From a virus, in IMG/VR virus record IMGVR_UViG_3300022911_000003, positions 4,814 to 68,813 of that record: a DNA stretch of 64,000 bases. One strand, written 5' to 3'. Shown piece after piece: positions 54,030 to 64,000 of the stretch. The notes below the pieces were generated by a model that worked only from the letters and a program-made list of their open reading frames with translations, was not told the DNA's origin and searched no databases. The position numbers were made by a program, and so were the translations under genes. The stretch's first letter is position 1. Each line of letters opens with the position of its first letter.

Positions 54030-54469
54030 CCCTGACGTGGAACGACGGATTGAAGGTCAGGATCGCTGAAGCGGCCGAGGTCGGCTGCCTTCTGGCTGCT
54101 GAGAAGGTCATGGAGGCTGGTAACGACCTGATTCGGAGCGGACCAAAGACCGGGGCCGTCTATGACACGCTGTTTTTCACCCGAGGCTCTGGTTCTGAAC
54201 GGCAGATCATCCCTTACGGCGAGCGCGACCCACATCAAGCCTCGGCACCGGGCGAAGCGCCGGCCTATGACACTGGGGAACTGGTTGCGAAGTCCCGAAC
54301 CAATGCCATTCCGGGCGGGGGACAGGCCGAGTGGTATGCCGACTATGCCATCTATCTCGCCCGAGGCACGGATCGTATCGCACCCCGGCCATTCGACACG
54401 CTGGCCTTGGAACGCGAGCAAGACAATATCCGCGACATCGTCAACCGCACCGTGGCGGAGGCGCTGTAA
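54026..54469 (+). CDS. Neck / tail completion protein (HK97 gp10-like)
   Basis: HQASAPGEAPAYDTGEL...YAIYL..GT..IAPRPF. Confidence 0.75.
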   Translation: MTLTWNDGLKVRIAEAAEVGCLLAAEKVMEAGNDLIRSGPKTGAVYDTLFFTRGSGSERQIIPYGERDPHQASAPGEAPAYDTGELVAKSRTNAIPGGGQAEWYADYAIYLARGTDRIAPRPFDTLALEREQDNIRDIVNRTVAEAL

Positions 54470-54912
54470 TGATTTCTCTGGCCGAAGCGATCCGCACTGC
54501 GATTCTCGCCAATGACGCCGTGACGCGCCATTTGGACAAGTGGAACGGCGTGCCGGCCGTCATGATCAATGACGAGCGCCCCCCTGCCGATCTGCCCGAC
54601 CGATTCGTGGTGATCGGCCCTCCGGGCGGCACGCTGGCCCGACCGTTGATGAACAAGAACGTCGACTATTTCACGCGGCAGGTCTCTGCTTTTGGGGAGC
54701 AGCCAGGCGATCAGAAGAAGATGAATATGGCGGCCGAGGCGATTCGGACCATGTTTCATCGCCAGCGCCAAAGCCTTGTCGTGGATGGGTTTAAGGTGGT
54801 GCATGTGCTTTGCACCTGGCCCGTTCCAGCACCGACGTCCGACGTCAACAGAATTGGCAGAATGGTCATGATGAACGTTCTGCTTGAAGAAAACCAGCCA
54901 GTTGTAGCATAA
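54469..54912 (+). CDS. Tail terminator protein
   Basis: Position before the tail tube gene; size and beta pattern fit. Confidence 0.6.
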   Translation: MISLAEAIRTAILANDAVTRHLDKWNGVPAVMINDERPPADLPDRFVVIGPPGGTLARPLMNKNVDYFTRQVSAFGEQPGDQKKMNMAAEAIRTMFHRQRQSLVVDGFKVVHVLCTWPVPAPTSDVNRIGRMVMMNVLLEENQPVVA

Positions 54913-54971
54913 CAGCGCTGTCTGATGCCCTGAACCGGCCCTTTGGCAAGGCATATTGAGGAGCCTTAACC

Positions 54972-55451
54972 ATGACGATCAGCACCTTGAATGGGACCAC
55001 GGTTTTCATCAGCAGCGCCACCGTTACTGACACGACCGATACCATCACCGAATTCGCTGCCCTGACCTGGACCGAAATCGGCGAAGTCGAGAATATCGGC
55101 GCGTTCGGCGATTCGTCCAACGAAGTCACGTTTGCCAACCTGAAGAACGGCCGGGTCCGGAAGTACAAGGGTATGCGCAACGCTGGCACGACGACACTGA
55201 CGGTCGGCGCCGATCCGGCCGACGCGGGTCAGGATGCGATGGACGCGGCGCAGGAGTACGACGGTGCGCTGGACTACGCTTTCAAGTTTGTCTACAACGA
55301 TGCCATCACCTTTGCCGGGACGCCGACGATCAAATATGCCCGCGGCAAGGTGATGTCGGCTCCGGTTCAAAACGGCGGGTCCGACACCGTGAACCGCAAG
55401 CAGTACAACATCGGCATCAATTCGAAACTGTACGAAAAGCCTGCCACCTAA
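54972..55451 (+). CDS. Major tail tube protein
   Basis: WTEIGEVENIGAFG...KYKGMRNAG...DAGQ. Confidence 0.85.
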   Translation: MTISTLNGTTVFISSATVTDTTDTITEFAALTWTEIGEVENIGAFGDSSNEVTFANLKNGRVRKYKGMRNAGTTTLTVGADPADAGQDAMDAAQEYDGALDYAFKFVYNDAITFAGTPTIKYARGKVMSAPVQNGGSDTVNRKQYNIGINSKLYEKPAT

Positions 55452-55479
55452 GCCCTGATTTCACCCACTGTCACCGGAG

Positions 55480-55857
55480 ATGACAATGACCGAACCCCTG
55501 ATCGACTCGCTCGACGTAACCCTGAACGTCGGCGGCAAAGATGTCGTTCTGGCCTGTACCTTGGAGGCCGCCCGGAAACTCAGCCGTGGCGGCCTTATCA
55601 ACAGGATGCACGCCATTTCCCAGCACGACCTTGAAGTCTACATCGACACCATCGCGATTGGCGCCGGGATGGAGGACAATGAACTCCTGCCCCAGGCCGT
55701 GTTCGAAACCGGGATGCGTGCTTTGGAAGTCAAGGTTTCGGAATTCTTGTACAACATCAACAATCCGAACCGGCACAAAGAAGAAGCCGCAGCCAAGGCC
55801 GCTGCTGAAGCCGCGAAGGGCAAAAAGGCCAAGACGGACCCCCAGCCGACGGCCTGA
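55480..55857 (+). CDS. Tail assembly chaperone (G-like)
   Basis: Lies between the tube and tape-measure genes. Confidence 0.7.
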   Translation: MTMTEPLIDSLDVTLNVGGKDVVLACTLEAARKLSRGGLINRMHAISQHDLEVYIDTIAIGAGMEDNELLPQAVFETGMRALEVKVSEFLYNINNPNRHKEEAAAKAAAEAAKGKKAKTDPQPTA

Positions 55858-56117
55858 CGCCGGAGCAATACTACGACCGCCTCCTGGCTCGTGCCATGGG
55901 GCGGTTGCATTATACGCAGGCTCAGGCCCTTAAGTGTCACGTCGTCGCGCTGGAACAGGCGCTTGAATTCGATCAGGACCGGGACGTAGCGCTTCACGAG
56001 ATCATCTGGTATGCCAATGGCGGTACGAAACCGCTGTATCCGAACCGAAAGGCGTCCGTGACGAAAAAACTTTCGGCCCCAGACGCCAAATCGGCGCTCC
56101 GGAACAACATACGATGA
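55809..56117 (+). CDS. Tail assembly chaperone (T-like), probably reached by a -1 frameshift
   Basis: The -1 frame is open from 55809: ...LTPEQYYDRLLARAMGRLHYT... Confidence 0.5.
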   Translation, partial: SREGQKGQDGPPADGLTPEQYYDRLLARAMGRLHYTQAQALKCHVVALEQALEFDQDRDVALHEIIWYANGGTKPLYPNRKASVTKKLSAPDAKSALRNNIR

Positions 56118-56126
56118 GGCGCCGGC

Positions 56127-59100
56127 ATGGTTGATGTTCCCGAACTCGGTACGGTCAAGGTCTCGATCATTGGGGACCTGACCCAGTTCACCAGCGCCGA
56201 GGCCGAGGCAAAGACCCGGTCGAAAAACCTGTCGGATCAGATGACGGCCGACGCCAAGAAGATTTCCGACGCCATGGGCGTGAACATGAAGTTGTTCGCG
56301 AACTATGTGAAGTCGGGGACTGGCGATGCGGCGCAGGCCAACAAAGTCGCGCTTGATGCCATGGGCGTCAACTGGACCATGTTCAATCGCAACGTCCGCG
56401 CCATGGAGGCACAGCGTGCGGCCGAGGCCCGGCAGACTGCGTCTGAAATTACCCGTGCGAACCGAGAAGCCAGTCAGTCGTCTGAAAAGGCGGCCCGCGA
56501 TGCGATGCGGGTCACGAAGGAAAATCAGGCCGCCGTTCGCCAACTGATCAATACGTTCGACGTGATGCACGCCGCCGAGCTTCGAACCGAAGATGCGTTG
56601 CGCGAAATCAACCGATTGAAGGGCATGGGCCTGATTTCGGATGAAAAGGCGATCGTGCTGCAAAAGGAGGCTGCAAATCAACTGGAGCGCTACAAGCGTT
56701 CCCAGCAGTCGAGCAGCGGTCTCAAGGGCCACCAACTCACGAACCTGTCGTATCAGGCCAATGACGTCATCTCCGGTCTGATGATGGGGCAGAACCCGGG
56801 TCAGATCGCGGCACAGCAGGGCGGCCAGATTTTCCAGATCCTGCAACAGTCCGAAGGCGGGGTGATGCGTGGCCTGGCCGGTGTCGGTGGCGCTGTTGGC
56901 AAATTCCTGATCAATCCCTTCACCCTGGCAGTTGGCGCGATAGGTGGTGCGGCCGCAGCCCTCGGCGCCCTGACGGCTCGGGCTCAGGACACCGATGCTG
57001 TCATTCGCAAGTTCACCGGCCTATCAGAGGTGTTTGGATCTGGTGGTCCGTATGACCCGAAGAAAATCGAAGCCTCGGCCCGAGCACTGGACGTCTACGG
57101 CGGCAAGTTCAAGGATATTCAGGCCGAACTCCAGACCTCCATGACCCAAGGAATCTCGGCCGGCGCGCTGGAAAGCTTTGGCCGCACTGCGGAGCATGTC
57201 GCAAAGGTCACGGGCGTTGACGTGAAACAGGCAGCCGACTCGATGGCGCGCGGTTTCACCGGGGGTTGGGAGCAGGTCAAGGCTCTGGATCAGCAGATGA
57301 ACTTCCTGAGCCTGACCGAGGCCAAGCACATCAAGTCGCTGTTCGAGGATCACAGGGCCAGCGAGGCGCGCAACGAGTCGTACCGCATCTTCGCCGAGAA
57401 GTACGGCAAAGCCTATAACGACACGTTGTCACAGGCAGACCTGCTCACCAATTCCCTCGCTTCGTCGTGGAATCGCATGGTCGAGGCCATGGGTAACTTT
57501 GGTCCAGTCACAGCCGCTACCAGTGCCATCGGCGGGCTTATTGACCAGATGACGAACTGGATGCTGCGGTATGCCCAGATCACAAACCTCGCCAAGCCGA
57601 ATCTTGAAAAGCGTCACGCTATGGATTTGGGCGACAGCATCAAGGCGTTCAACGATAAGGGAAAGGCACAGGCCGAGTATGACGAATACATGGCGAAGAA
57701 CGGCGATCATATAAATGAGCCGTCTTATCGCTATTCCTATGCCATGGCGAAAAAGAAGTTGGACGAAGCCAGCGGTAAAAAGGTTGTTGCCGATGCACGG
57801 TTGTTCGAATCTACAGGTGCTCTGACCGCCCTGAACGCACCGGCAAATACCGGTGACATCATGACCAAGGGTGCGTCGGACAAAGCCGCGTTCTATGCCG
57901 AGGGCAAGGGTAAGAAGGCGCCAAAGGAAAAGTTGTCCGATGATGAGCGCGAGGTAAAGCGCGCCATCGAGAGCGTCGAGAAACTGACCGCTGCGACCAA
58001 GGTCCAGAGCCAGGCCCGCGCCGACAACAATCAACTGATCGCGATGGGCGTGATCACGACCGAGGATGCGAACCGCGCCGCCGAAATCACGGCCAAGACT
58101 TCGCAGTACCAGGACGCGCTTGATGCCGAGGCTAAGACGACCAAGACTGACCTGAAGGATAAGGTCGCGGCCCTGACGATCGAGTTGAAGAAGCAGCAGG
58201 ATCTGGAAATCGAGTCGTCGATCTGGAAAACGGTCGAGGCTCAGAACAAACAGAACGCTGAACTGGATCTCGAACTCAGTCTGCTCGGCGCCACGAACCG
58301 GGAGCGCGCCGTTGCGATCGCTCAGGCCCAGGCCATCCGCAGCATCAAGGAGGCCGGTGGCGACCCGAACAGCGATGCGGGTCTGGCCCAAATCGCAGGT
58401 GCTGTGGCCGGGGCGAACAAGGGTGCCGATATCCAGAGCGGCACGTTCATGAAGCAGCAGAGCGATGCGCTGAGGGCTCAGACTCAGGAATGGGACATCG
58501 CTCGGGCCACGATGTACATGACCCGGCAAGAGGCTGCGGCGTATCGCAAGGAGCAGGAACTTCTGAACCAGGCCACGAATCAGGGGATCGACCTGACCAA
58601 GGCCCAGAAGGACCAGATTCACGACATGGCGACGGCCTATAGCCAAGGCACGGCCGCGATGGAGAAGGCTCAGGCCATTCAGGACCTGATCAAGACCGGC
58701 TCTCAGACCCTGGAACAGGCCATCGAAGACATTGCGCTCAACGGCAAGAAAGGCAACGAAGTCCTGTGGGACATGGTCAAGGCTTTGGATGCCGCTGTTA
58801 TCAAGGCCGCATTGCTCGGCGAAGGCCCGCTGGCGCAGTTGTTCGGCACGTCGAAAAACGGCGGCTTGCTGGGCATGATCGGCAATGGCACAGGCGGCGG
58901 GAGCGGTGGCGGCCTATCTGGAATCATCAGCGGCCTCTTCGGCGGCGGAAATACCGGCCCGGCCGCCTCGACCGGAACGTTCGGCATGGACACGTACCAA
59001 CTTCATGACGGTGGCGTGGCCGCACTGCACGGTATGCCGCGCATCGTGCATCCCTCGGTGTTCCAGAACGCGCCGAAGTTCCACGAGGGCAGGCTGAAGC

Positions 59101-59300
59101 CCAACGAACTGCCGGCCATTCTCGAAGACGATGAGGTGGTACTGAACCGTGGGCAACAGTCTGCGCTGCGGAAGAAGATGGGTGGACAGACCGTGCATAT
59201 CCACTACCACGGCATTCAGGACGCTGAATCTGTCAAGCGCAACGAACGGCAACTGGCAAATGGCGCGGCTCGGGCCTTGGGCCAGACAGGGAGAGGTTAA
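56127..59300 (+). CDS. Tail tape measure protein
   Basis: 1057 aa, helical; NLSYQANDV..G...GQNP..IAAQQGGQI lambda-type TMP motif. Confidence 0.92.
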   Translation: MVDVPELGTVKVSIIGDLTQFTSAEAEAKTRSKNLSDQMTADAKKISDAMGVNMKLFANYVKSGTGDAAQANKVALDAMGVNWTMFNRNVRAMEAQRAAEARQTASEITRANREASQSSEKAARDAMRVTKENQAAVRQLINTFDVMHAAELRTEDALREINRLKGMGLISDEKAIVLQKEAANQLERYKRSQQSSSGLKGHQLTNLSYQANDVISGLMMGQNPGQIAAQQGGQIFQILQQSEGGVMRGLAGVGGAVGKFLINPFTLAVGAIGGAAAALGALTARAQDTDAVIRKFTGLSEVFGSGGPYDPKKIEASARALDVYGGKFKDIQAELQTSMTQGISAGALESFGRTAEHVAKVTGVDVKQAADSMARGFTGGWEQVKALDQQMNFLSLTEAKHIKSLFEDHRASEARNESYRIFAEKYGKAYNDTLSQADLLTNSLASSWNRMVEAMGNFGPVTAATSAIGGLIDQMTNWMLRYAQITNLAKPNLEKRHAMDLGDSIKAFNDKGKAQAEYDEYMAKNGDHINEPSYRYSYAMAKKKLDEASGKKVVADARLFESTGALTALNAPANTGDIMTKGASDKAAFYAEGKGKKAPKEKLSDDEREVKRAIESVEKLTAATKVQSQARADNNQLIAMGVITTEDANRAAEITAKTSQYQDALDAEAKTTKTDLKDKVAALTIELKKQQDLEIESSIWKTVEAQNKQNAELDLELSLLGATNRERAVAIAQAQAIRSIKEAGGDPNSDAGLAQIAGAVAGANKGADIQSGTFMKQQSDALRAQTQEWDIARATMYMTRQEAAAYRKEQELLNQATNQGIDLTKAQKDQIHDMATAYSQGTAAMEKAQAIQDLIKTGSQTLEQAIEDIALNGKKGNEVLWDMVKALDAAVIKAALLGEGPLAQLFGTSKNGGLLGMIGNGTGGGSGGGLSGIISGLFGGGNTGPAASTGTFGMDTYQLHDGGVAALHGMPRIVHPSVFQNAPKFHEGRLKPNELPAILEDDEVVLNRGQQSALRKKMGGQTVHIHYHGIQDAESVKRNERQLANGAARALGQTGRG

Positions 59301-59926
59301 TGGCTTTTCACGATATCCTATTCCCGCTCGACATCGCGTCAGGCGCTTCCTGCACCAAGACCCGGATGACACAGAAGGTCATGCTGAAATCCGGCCACGA
59401 GGAGCGCAATGGACTTTGGGCCGACGCCAAGCGCCAGTACGATGTTTCGGTGGGCTCGAACGAAGCGGGCCAGGTCGACGAACTGAATGCGTTCTGGGAA
59501 GGCCGCCGTGGCGAACTGTACTCGTTCCGGTTCAAGGACTATTCCGACTTCCAGTCCTGCGCCCTGACCGGCACAATCAGTCGCACGGATCAGGTATTGG
59601 GCACAGGCAATGGTGTCCTGACCGAATTTCAGTTGGTCAAGACCTATGCCGATGATGTCCTGCCTTATGTCCGGACCATCACGAAGCCTGTAGACGGAAC
59701 GGTTGTGGTTGCAGTCGCAGGAACTCTGGTCGACCCGGGCGACTATGTCGTGGACTATCTCACCGGCATAGTCACGTTCGATACCGCGCCGGCATCGGGC
59801 AGCGTCACGGCCGGGTTTGAGTTCGACGTCCCGGTCAGGTTCGATGGCGAAATCAGTTTCGTCATGATCACCCCGGAACTGGCTGACGCGGCGCAGGCCC
59901 GGCTCATCGAGGATCGTGGCGCATGA
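59300..59926 (+). CDS. Distal tail protein (DUF2460, GTA-like)
   Basis: FHDILFP...SGHEERN..W...F..RRG.LYSFRFKDY.D...GFEFDVPVRFD. Confidence 0.9.
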   Translation: MAFHDILFPLDIASGASCTKTRMTQKVMLKSGHEERNGLWADAKRQYDVSVGSNEAGQVDELNAFWEGRRGELYSFRFKDYSDFQSCALTGTISRTDQVLGTGNGVLTEFQLVKTYADDVLPYVRTITKPVDGTVVVAVAGTLVDPGDYVVDYLTGIVTFDTAPASGSVTAGFEFDVPVRFDGEISFVMITPELADAAQARLIEDRGA

Positions 59927-60801
59927 GATCATATTCACCCCAGTTCGCGGCGCATCTCGCATCGAAGACCACGACGCTTTGTCATTGCTGGCAGATCATC
60001 CGGGCCGACGGCACCGTCCTGGGTTTCACGGACCACGACAACAATCTGGAATTCCTTGGCGTGACGCATGAAGCATCGTCTGGCTTCACCGGCTCTGTTG
60101 CGGAGCAGAACCTGCAACTCAATGTCGACAACATGGACATCGAGGGGTTTCTCGACAGTGCGAACATCACGGACGAGGACGTGGCAGCGGGCAAGTATGC
60201 CAGCGCCGAGGTTCTGGTGTTCTGGGTCAATCACCAGGACGTCAGCACGTTCCACTTGCTGGGCCGATCGACCATTACCCAGATCCGCAGGTCCGGCATC
60301 CATTTCGTATTCGAAGTGTCTGGTCTGGCCCAACAGCTTCAGCAGACCGTGGGATCGCAATACCAGCGCCGCTGCAGCGTAAGCCTTGGGTCAGAGAAAT
60401 GCGGCGTCGACCTGAACGATTCGGACTTCAAAGGCAGCGGCACAGTGACTTCCGTCGTGGGCCAGAACATCACGGCGTCGGGACTGGATGCTTATGCCGA
60501 CGGGTGGTTCACTGGCGGGGTTGTTTTCTTCGCAGACGGCACGGTAAACCGCGTCAAACTTCACCAGAAGGCCAATTCGATCGTCACGCTGACATTATGG
60601 CAGGTCACGGCATCCGCGCCTGATGGGGGAGATTTATTCGACGTCACGGCGGGGTGCGATAAACTGATCCAGACCTGCAACACGAAGTTCGCCAATCGGG
60701 AAAACTTTCGCGGGTATCCCAGGATTCCAGGAAATGATAAAATAGCTGACTATCCGGCGCAGGGCGACTCGGGCAACGACGGTTTGAGCCTATTCAGATG
60801 A
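59923..60801 (+). CDS. Baseplate hub protein (DUF2163, GTA-like)
   Basis: TTLCHCW...DG..LGFTDHD...GCDK...C..KF.N..NFRGYP.IPG.D. Confidence 0.9.
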   Translation: MRSYSPQFAAHLASKTTTLCHCWQIIRADGTVLGFTDHDNNLEFLGVTHEASSGFTGSVAEQNLQLNVDNMDIEGFLDSANITDEDVAAGKYASAEVLVFWVNHQDVSTFHLLGRSTITQIRRSGIHFVFEVSGLAQQLQQTVGSQYQRRCSVSLGSEKCGVDLNDSDFKGSGTVTSVVGQNITASGLDAYADGWFTGGVVFFADGTVNRVKLHQKANSIVTLTLWQVTASAPDGGDLFDVTAGCDKLIQTCNTKFANRENFRGYPRIPGNDKIADYPAQGDSGNDGLSLFR

Positions 60802-61238
60802 CCAGCATTGCAGAACAAGTTGTAGCAGAGGCCCTGACCTGGGTCGGAACGCCATACCGCCATCAGTGCCATCACAAGGGTCTGGGGTCCGATTGCTTGG
60901 GCCTTGTACGCGGCGTTTATGAAAACGTGACTGGAAATGCGACGGAAACCCCACCGCCATATGCCGCGGACTGGGGCATTTCCAACAACGGCGAGATGAT
61001 GATTGACGCGGCGCATCGCTATCTCGTGGCGGATGACTGGAAAAAGGGTGATGAGTTCAGGCCCGGCCAGGTTCTGATATTCCGCTGGCGCCGGTCCAGT
61101 GCGGCGACTCACGCAGCTATCGTGGTATCACCCACCCAAATGCTGCATAGCTACAACGGCCTGAACACCCAAGTCGTGACAATCTCTGACTTTTGGACGA
61201 AGATGATCGCCGGAGTTTTCCGTTTCCCAGAGGCATAG
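60798..61238 (+). CDS. Tail-associated NlpC/P60 peptidase (GTA-like)
   Basis: WVGTPYRHQ...G.DCLGLVRGV...H.AI...MLHSY. Confidence 0.9.
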   Translation: MTSIAEQVVAEALTWVGTPYRHQCHHKGLGSDCLGLVRGVYENVTGNATETPPPYAADWGISNNGEMMIDAAHRYLVADDWKKGDEFRPGQVLIFRWRRSSAATHAAIVVSPTQMLHSYNGLNTQVVTISDFWTKMIAGVFRFPEA

Positions 61239-64000
61239 ATGTCCAGCGCAATTCTATCGACTGCCGGAAGCTTTATCGGCGGTGCCATCGGAGGTCCGCT
61301 CGGGGCAGCAATTGGTGGGGCTATTGGTGCTGCGGTCGGCGGCGCCATTGATCGGCAAATCTTTGCCCCAAGCGTCAAAGGCCCGCGCCTGGACACGGCC
61401 CAGATCACAAGCTCGGCCGAGGGCGCTGCGATCAATCGACTGGCAGGCACGATGCGCTGTGGCGGGGAGATGATCTGGGCCACGAGGTATCGCGAGACGA
61501 AGAAGACCGAATCATCGGGCGGCAAGGGCGGGCCGAAGTCCACGACCTATGCCTATGCCTGTAGCTTTGCCGTGGCGTTCTGCGAAGGCTCCGCCGCAAC
61601 GACCCTTGGCCGGGTCTGGGCCGATGGCAAAGTTCTGGATCTGTCAAAGTTCACGTACCGTTTCTACCCCGGCTCCGAATCGCAAACCCCGGACAGCCTG
61701 ATCGAGTCGATCGAGGGCGCGGCCAACACCCCGGCGTATCGCGGCACGGCATACCTCGTATTCGAGTACATGCCTCTGGGCGACTTTGGAAATCGCATCC
61801 CGCAGATCACGGCCGAAATCACGGTTCCGGTAGAACGAAGCGATTCAGCAGCGGCCAAGATCCGGGGCGTGACCCTTATCCCGGCCACCGGCAGTTTCGC
61901 CTATGCCATAGAGCCGTTCCTGAACGTGTCACATCCCGTCGAGACTCTGAACGAAAATGTCCACATGAGTTCGGGCCGGGCCGATGTTCTGGAAAGCCTG
62001 GACCAACTCGACGCCGGCCTGCCCAACTGCGACACCGTAGCAATTGTCGTGGCATGGTTCGGCGATGACCTGCGCTGCGCCACGTGCGACATCAAGCCCC
62101 GGATCGCGCTTGATCCCAGTCTTCAGGACACGGCCGCCTGGCTTCCGCGCGACTGGGAAGTGGCAGGACTCGGCGCGGCCGATGTCGATACCGTGTCCCA
62201 GACCAGCGGTGCCAGTGCGTTCGGCTCGACACCGGACGATCAATCCGTGAAGGACTGCATCAATGAGTTGCGGAGCCGCGGCAAAAGGATCGTGTTCTAC
62301 CCCTTCATTCTGATGGACATTCCGACCGGCAACGCGCTGCCTGATCCCTACGGCGGCTCGGAACAGGCCGCATACCCCTGGCGCGGCCGTATAACTTGCA
62401 CCCCTGCCCCGTCAGAGGTCGGGACGGTAGACAAGACCGCCACGGCCGGGACGCAGGTCTCCGCCTTTTTCTCAGGCACCTGGGGCTACGAGAATTTCAT
62501 CACGCACTATGCCAACCTGTGCGACGATGCTGGTGGCGTTGATGTGTTCCTGATCGGCTCGGAACTGGTCGGCCTGACCAGCGTCAGATCAGATGCCAGC
62601 ACCTATCCCTTTGTCGCGGACCTCGTCAGTCTGGCCGCCACGGTCAAAGGCATCCTGCCCACCACGGACGTCAGCTATGCCGCGGACTGGTCCGAGTATC
62701 ACAGCCACCGACCCACGGATGGATCTGACGACGTCTATTTCAACCTGGACCCGCTCTGGTCAGACGCCAATATCGACTTCATCGGTATCGACGCCTACTT
62801 CCCCCTGACCGATCATCGCCTTGATACGGCCCAGAGTATCTACGACACGGCCTATATCCAGCAAGGAATCGAAGGCGGGGAGTATTTCGACTGGTACTAC
62901 GCCTCGGATGCAGACCGCGTGGCCGGGACGAGGACGACGATCACGGATGGCGCGTATGACAAGCCATGGGTCTTTCGCCAGAAAGACATGCGCAACTGGT
63001 GGCGATCGGACCACTATGACAGGCCGGCCGGGACTGAAGCAGGTTCCCCGACGGATTGGGTTCCGGGCGACAAGCCGATCTGGTTCACCGAATTTGGCTG
63101 CCCCGCCGTCAATCGTGGCACGAACCAACCCAATGTGTTTTCCGACCCCAAGTCATCGGAGAGCGCCTATCCCTACTTCTCGACCGGGGCACGCGACGAC
63201 TTGATCCAGCGCCGGTTCTATGACGCTGTTGTGGATTACTGGAGCGCCAATGCGTACACCTTCGAAAACTCCGGCGGTGTCGCGGATTACAACTCCCTAA
63301 AAACGGACTTGGGACATGCAGATGGTTACTTCGCCAACCTGAATTCCATCAAACGAGATAACGGCTACGTTTTTTACCCCGCCCGTTTTACGTCATCTTT
63401 CAATGCACAACTCTCCGGTGAGTTTAACTCTGCTGGACAGTTGGTCGTTACCATGTCCCAAACCGACAGAAGCGGAACATATGACATTGACGAGGTATTG
63501 AATATTGGGGCCATGGCAGTTGGGCAATATGTAGTCTTGAACTTTGTCGATGCTCCGTCGTTTTATTATTATTGCCGAATCAAAAGCCTGATTACGCGGT
63601 ACGTTGCCAATTATTCCGGAACCGCTGTCAGCGTTCTTGTGTTCGGCGCCGATGTAGTTTCTCTCGCCGATGATGGTGCGGCTCTGGGATACATGGTCGA
63701 GCCGGCCAATATGATCGCATGGACCTGGGACGCACGGCCATACCCCGTCTTTCCGCAACTCCTTTCGGCCTGGTCCGACGGCGCGAACTACCAGACCGGG
63801 CACTGGATCAATGGCCGGATCGGCGCCTCGTCAGGCCTTGGCGACCTCATCCTGAAGATATGCGCCAGGACGATCGACACGACACTGATCGACACGTCGC
63901 TCGTCTCTGGAGAATCGGTAACGGGATATCTCGTGTCGCAACTCTCGTCGCCTCGTGATGATCTGGCACCGTTACTGTCGATCTACGCCGTCGATGCCCA
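61239..64000 (+). CDS. Megatron / host-specificity tail protein with GTA TIM-barrel domain, 3' truncated
   Basis: GPRLD...YPWRGRIT...SYAADWSEY...KPIWFTEFGCPA..RGTNQPNVF.DPKSSES...WDARPYP.FP...W.DG.NY..GHW.NGR. No stop before the window end, so it is absent from the ORF track. Confidence 0.9.
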   Translation, partial: MSSAILSTAGSFIGGAIGGPLGAAIGGAIGAAVGGAIDRQIFAPSVKGPRLDTAQITSSAEGAAINRLAGTMRCGGEMIWATRYRETKKTESSGGKGGPKSTTYAYACSFAVAFCEGSAATTLGRVWADGKVLDLSKFTYRFYPGSESQTPDSLIESIEGAANTPAYRGTAYLVFEYMPLGDFGNRIPQITAEITVPVERSDSAAAKIRGVTLIPATGSFAYAIEPFLNVSHPVETLNENVHMSSGRADVLESLDQLDAGLPNCDTVAIVVAWFGDDLRCATCDIKPRIALDPSLQDTAAWLPRDWEVAGLGAADVDTVSQTSGASAFGSTPDDQSVKDCINELRSRGKRIVFYPFILMDIPTGNALPDPYGGSEQAAYPWRGRITCTPAPSEVGTVDKTATAGTQVSAFFSGTWGYENFITHYANLCDDAGGVDVFLIGSELVGLTSVRSDASTYPFVADLVSLAATVKGILPTTDVSYAADWSEYHSHRPTDGSDDVYFNLDPLWSDANIDFIGIDAYFPLTDHRLDTAQSIYDTAYIQQGIEGGEYFDWYYASDADRVAGTRTTITDGAYDKPWVFRQKDMRNWWRSDHYDRPAGTEAGSPTDWVPGDKPIWFTEFGCPAVNRGTNQPNVFSDPKSSESAYPYFSTGARDDLIQRRFYDAVVDYWSANAYTFENSGGVADYNSLKTDLGHADGYFANLNSIKRDNGYVFYPARFTSSFNAQLSGEFNSAGQLVVTMSQTDRSGTYDIDEVLNIGAMAVGQYVVLNFVDAPSFYYYCRIKSLITRYVANYSGTAVSVLVFGADVVSLADDGAALGYMVEPANMIAWTWDARPYPVFPQLLSAWSDGANYQTGHWINGRIGASSGLGDLILKICARTIDTTLIDTSLVSGESVTGYLVSQLSSPRDDLAPLLSIYAVDA

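Noticed and set aside
55638-58646. Long minus-strand ORFs (55638-56846, 57429-58646)
   Set aside because: Antisense shadows of the tape measure gene caused by GC-rich codon bias; no RBS or recognisable motifs.
1-64000. Integrase, transposase, reverse transcriptase/DGR, intron or intein, stop-codon reassignment
   Set aside because: No such motifs were seen in any ORF, and core genes are intact under the standard code. A few kb of the genome lie outside the window, so absence is not proven.

Overview
This window is most of the genome of a tailed dsDNA siphovirus-type phage, probably infecting an alphaproteobacterium (RcGTA-type tail tip and head-spike genes, host-like XRE, GapR-like and CtrA-like regulators). 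It is circularly permuted: it starts inside a tail gene and ends inside the megatron tail gene. Gene order: tail fibre and lysis (1-4.5 kb, +); early and recombination genes (4.5-13 kb, -); Cro-like HTH, RusA, DNA methyltransferases, DnaB, replication initiator and DUF5131 (13-23 kb, +); small early genes (23-32 kb, -); terS flanked by divergent early promoters (32-35 kb); middle genes (35-40 kb, +); a structured non-coding RNA locus (39.8-40.6 kb); head-spike pair; a TGT-like plus T-fold gene pair (-); then terL, portal, head and tail (44-64 kb, +). I found no integrase, CI repressor, CRISPR array or canonical tRNA. Most unusual items: (1) a C5 methyltransferase split over two fully overlapping reading frames, with five tandem TRD-like repeats; (2) an RNA array with a thrice-repeated UUCG hairpin, a kissing-loop cloverleaf and two tRNA mimics with altered anticodon arms; (3) a minimal TGT/DpdA-like plus QueF-like base-exchange module; (4) an Acb1-like 2H phosphoesterase fused to the head protease; (5) a possible glycosyltransferase inside the head module. 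All family assignments come from motifs recognised by eye; no database search was run.
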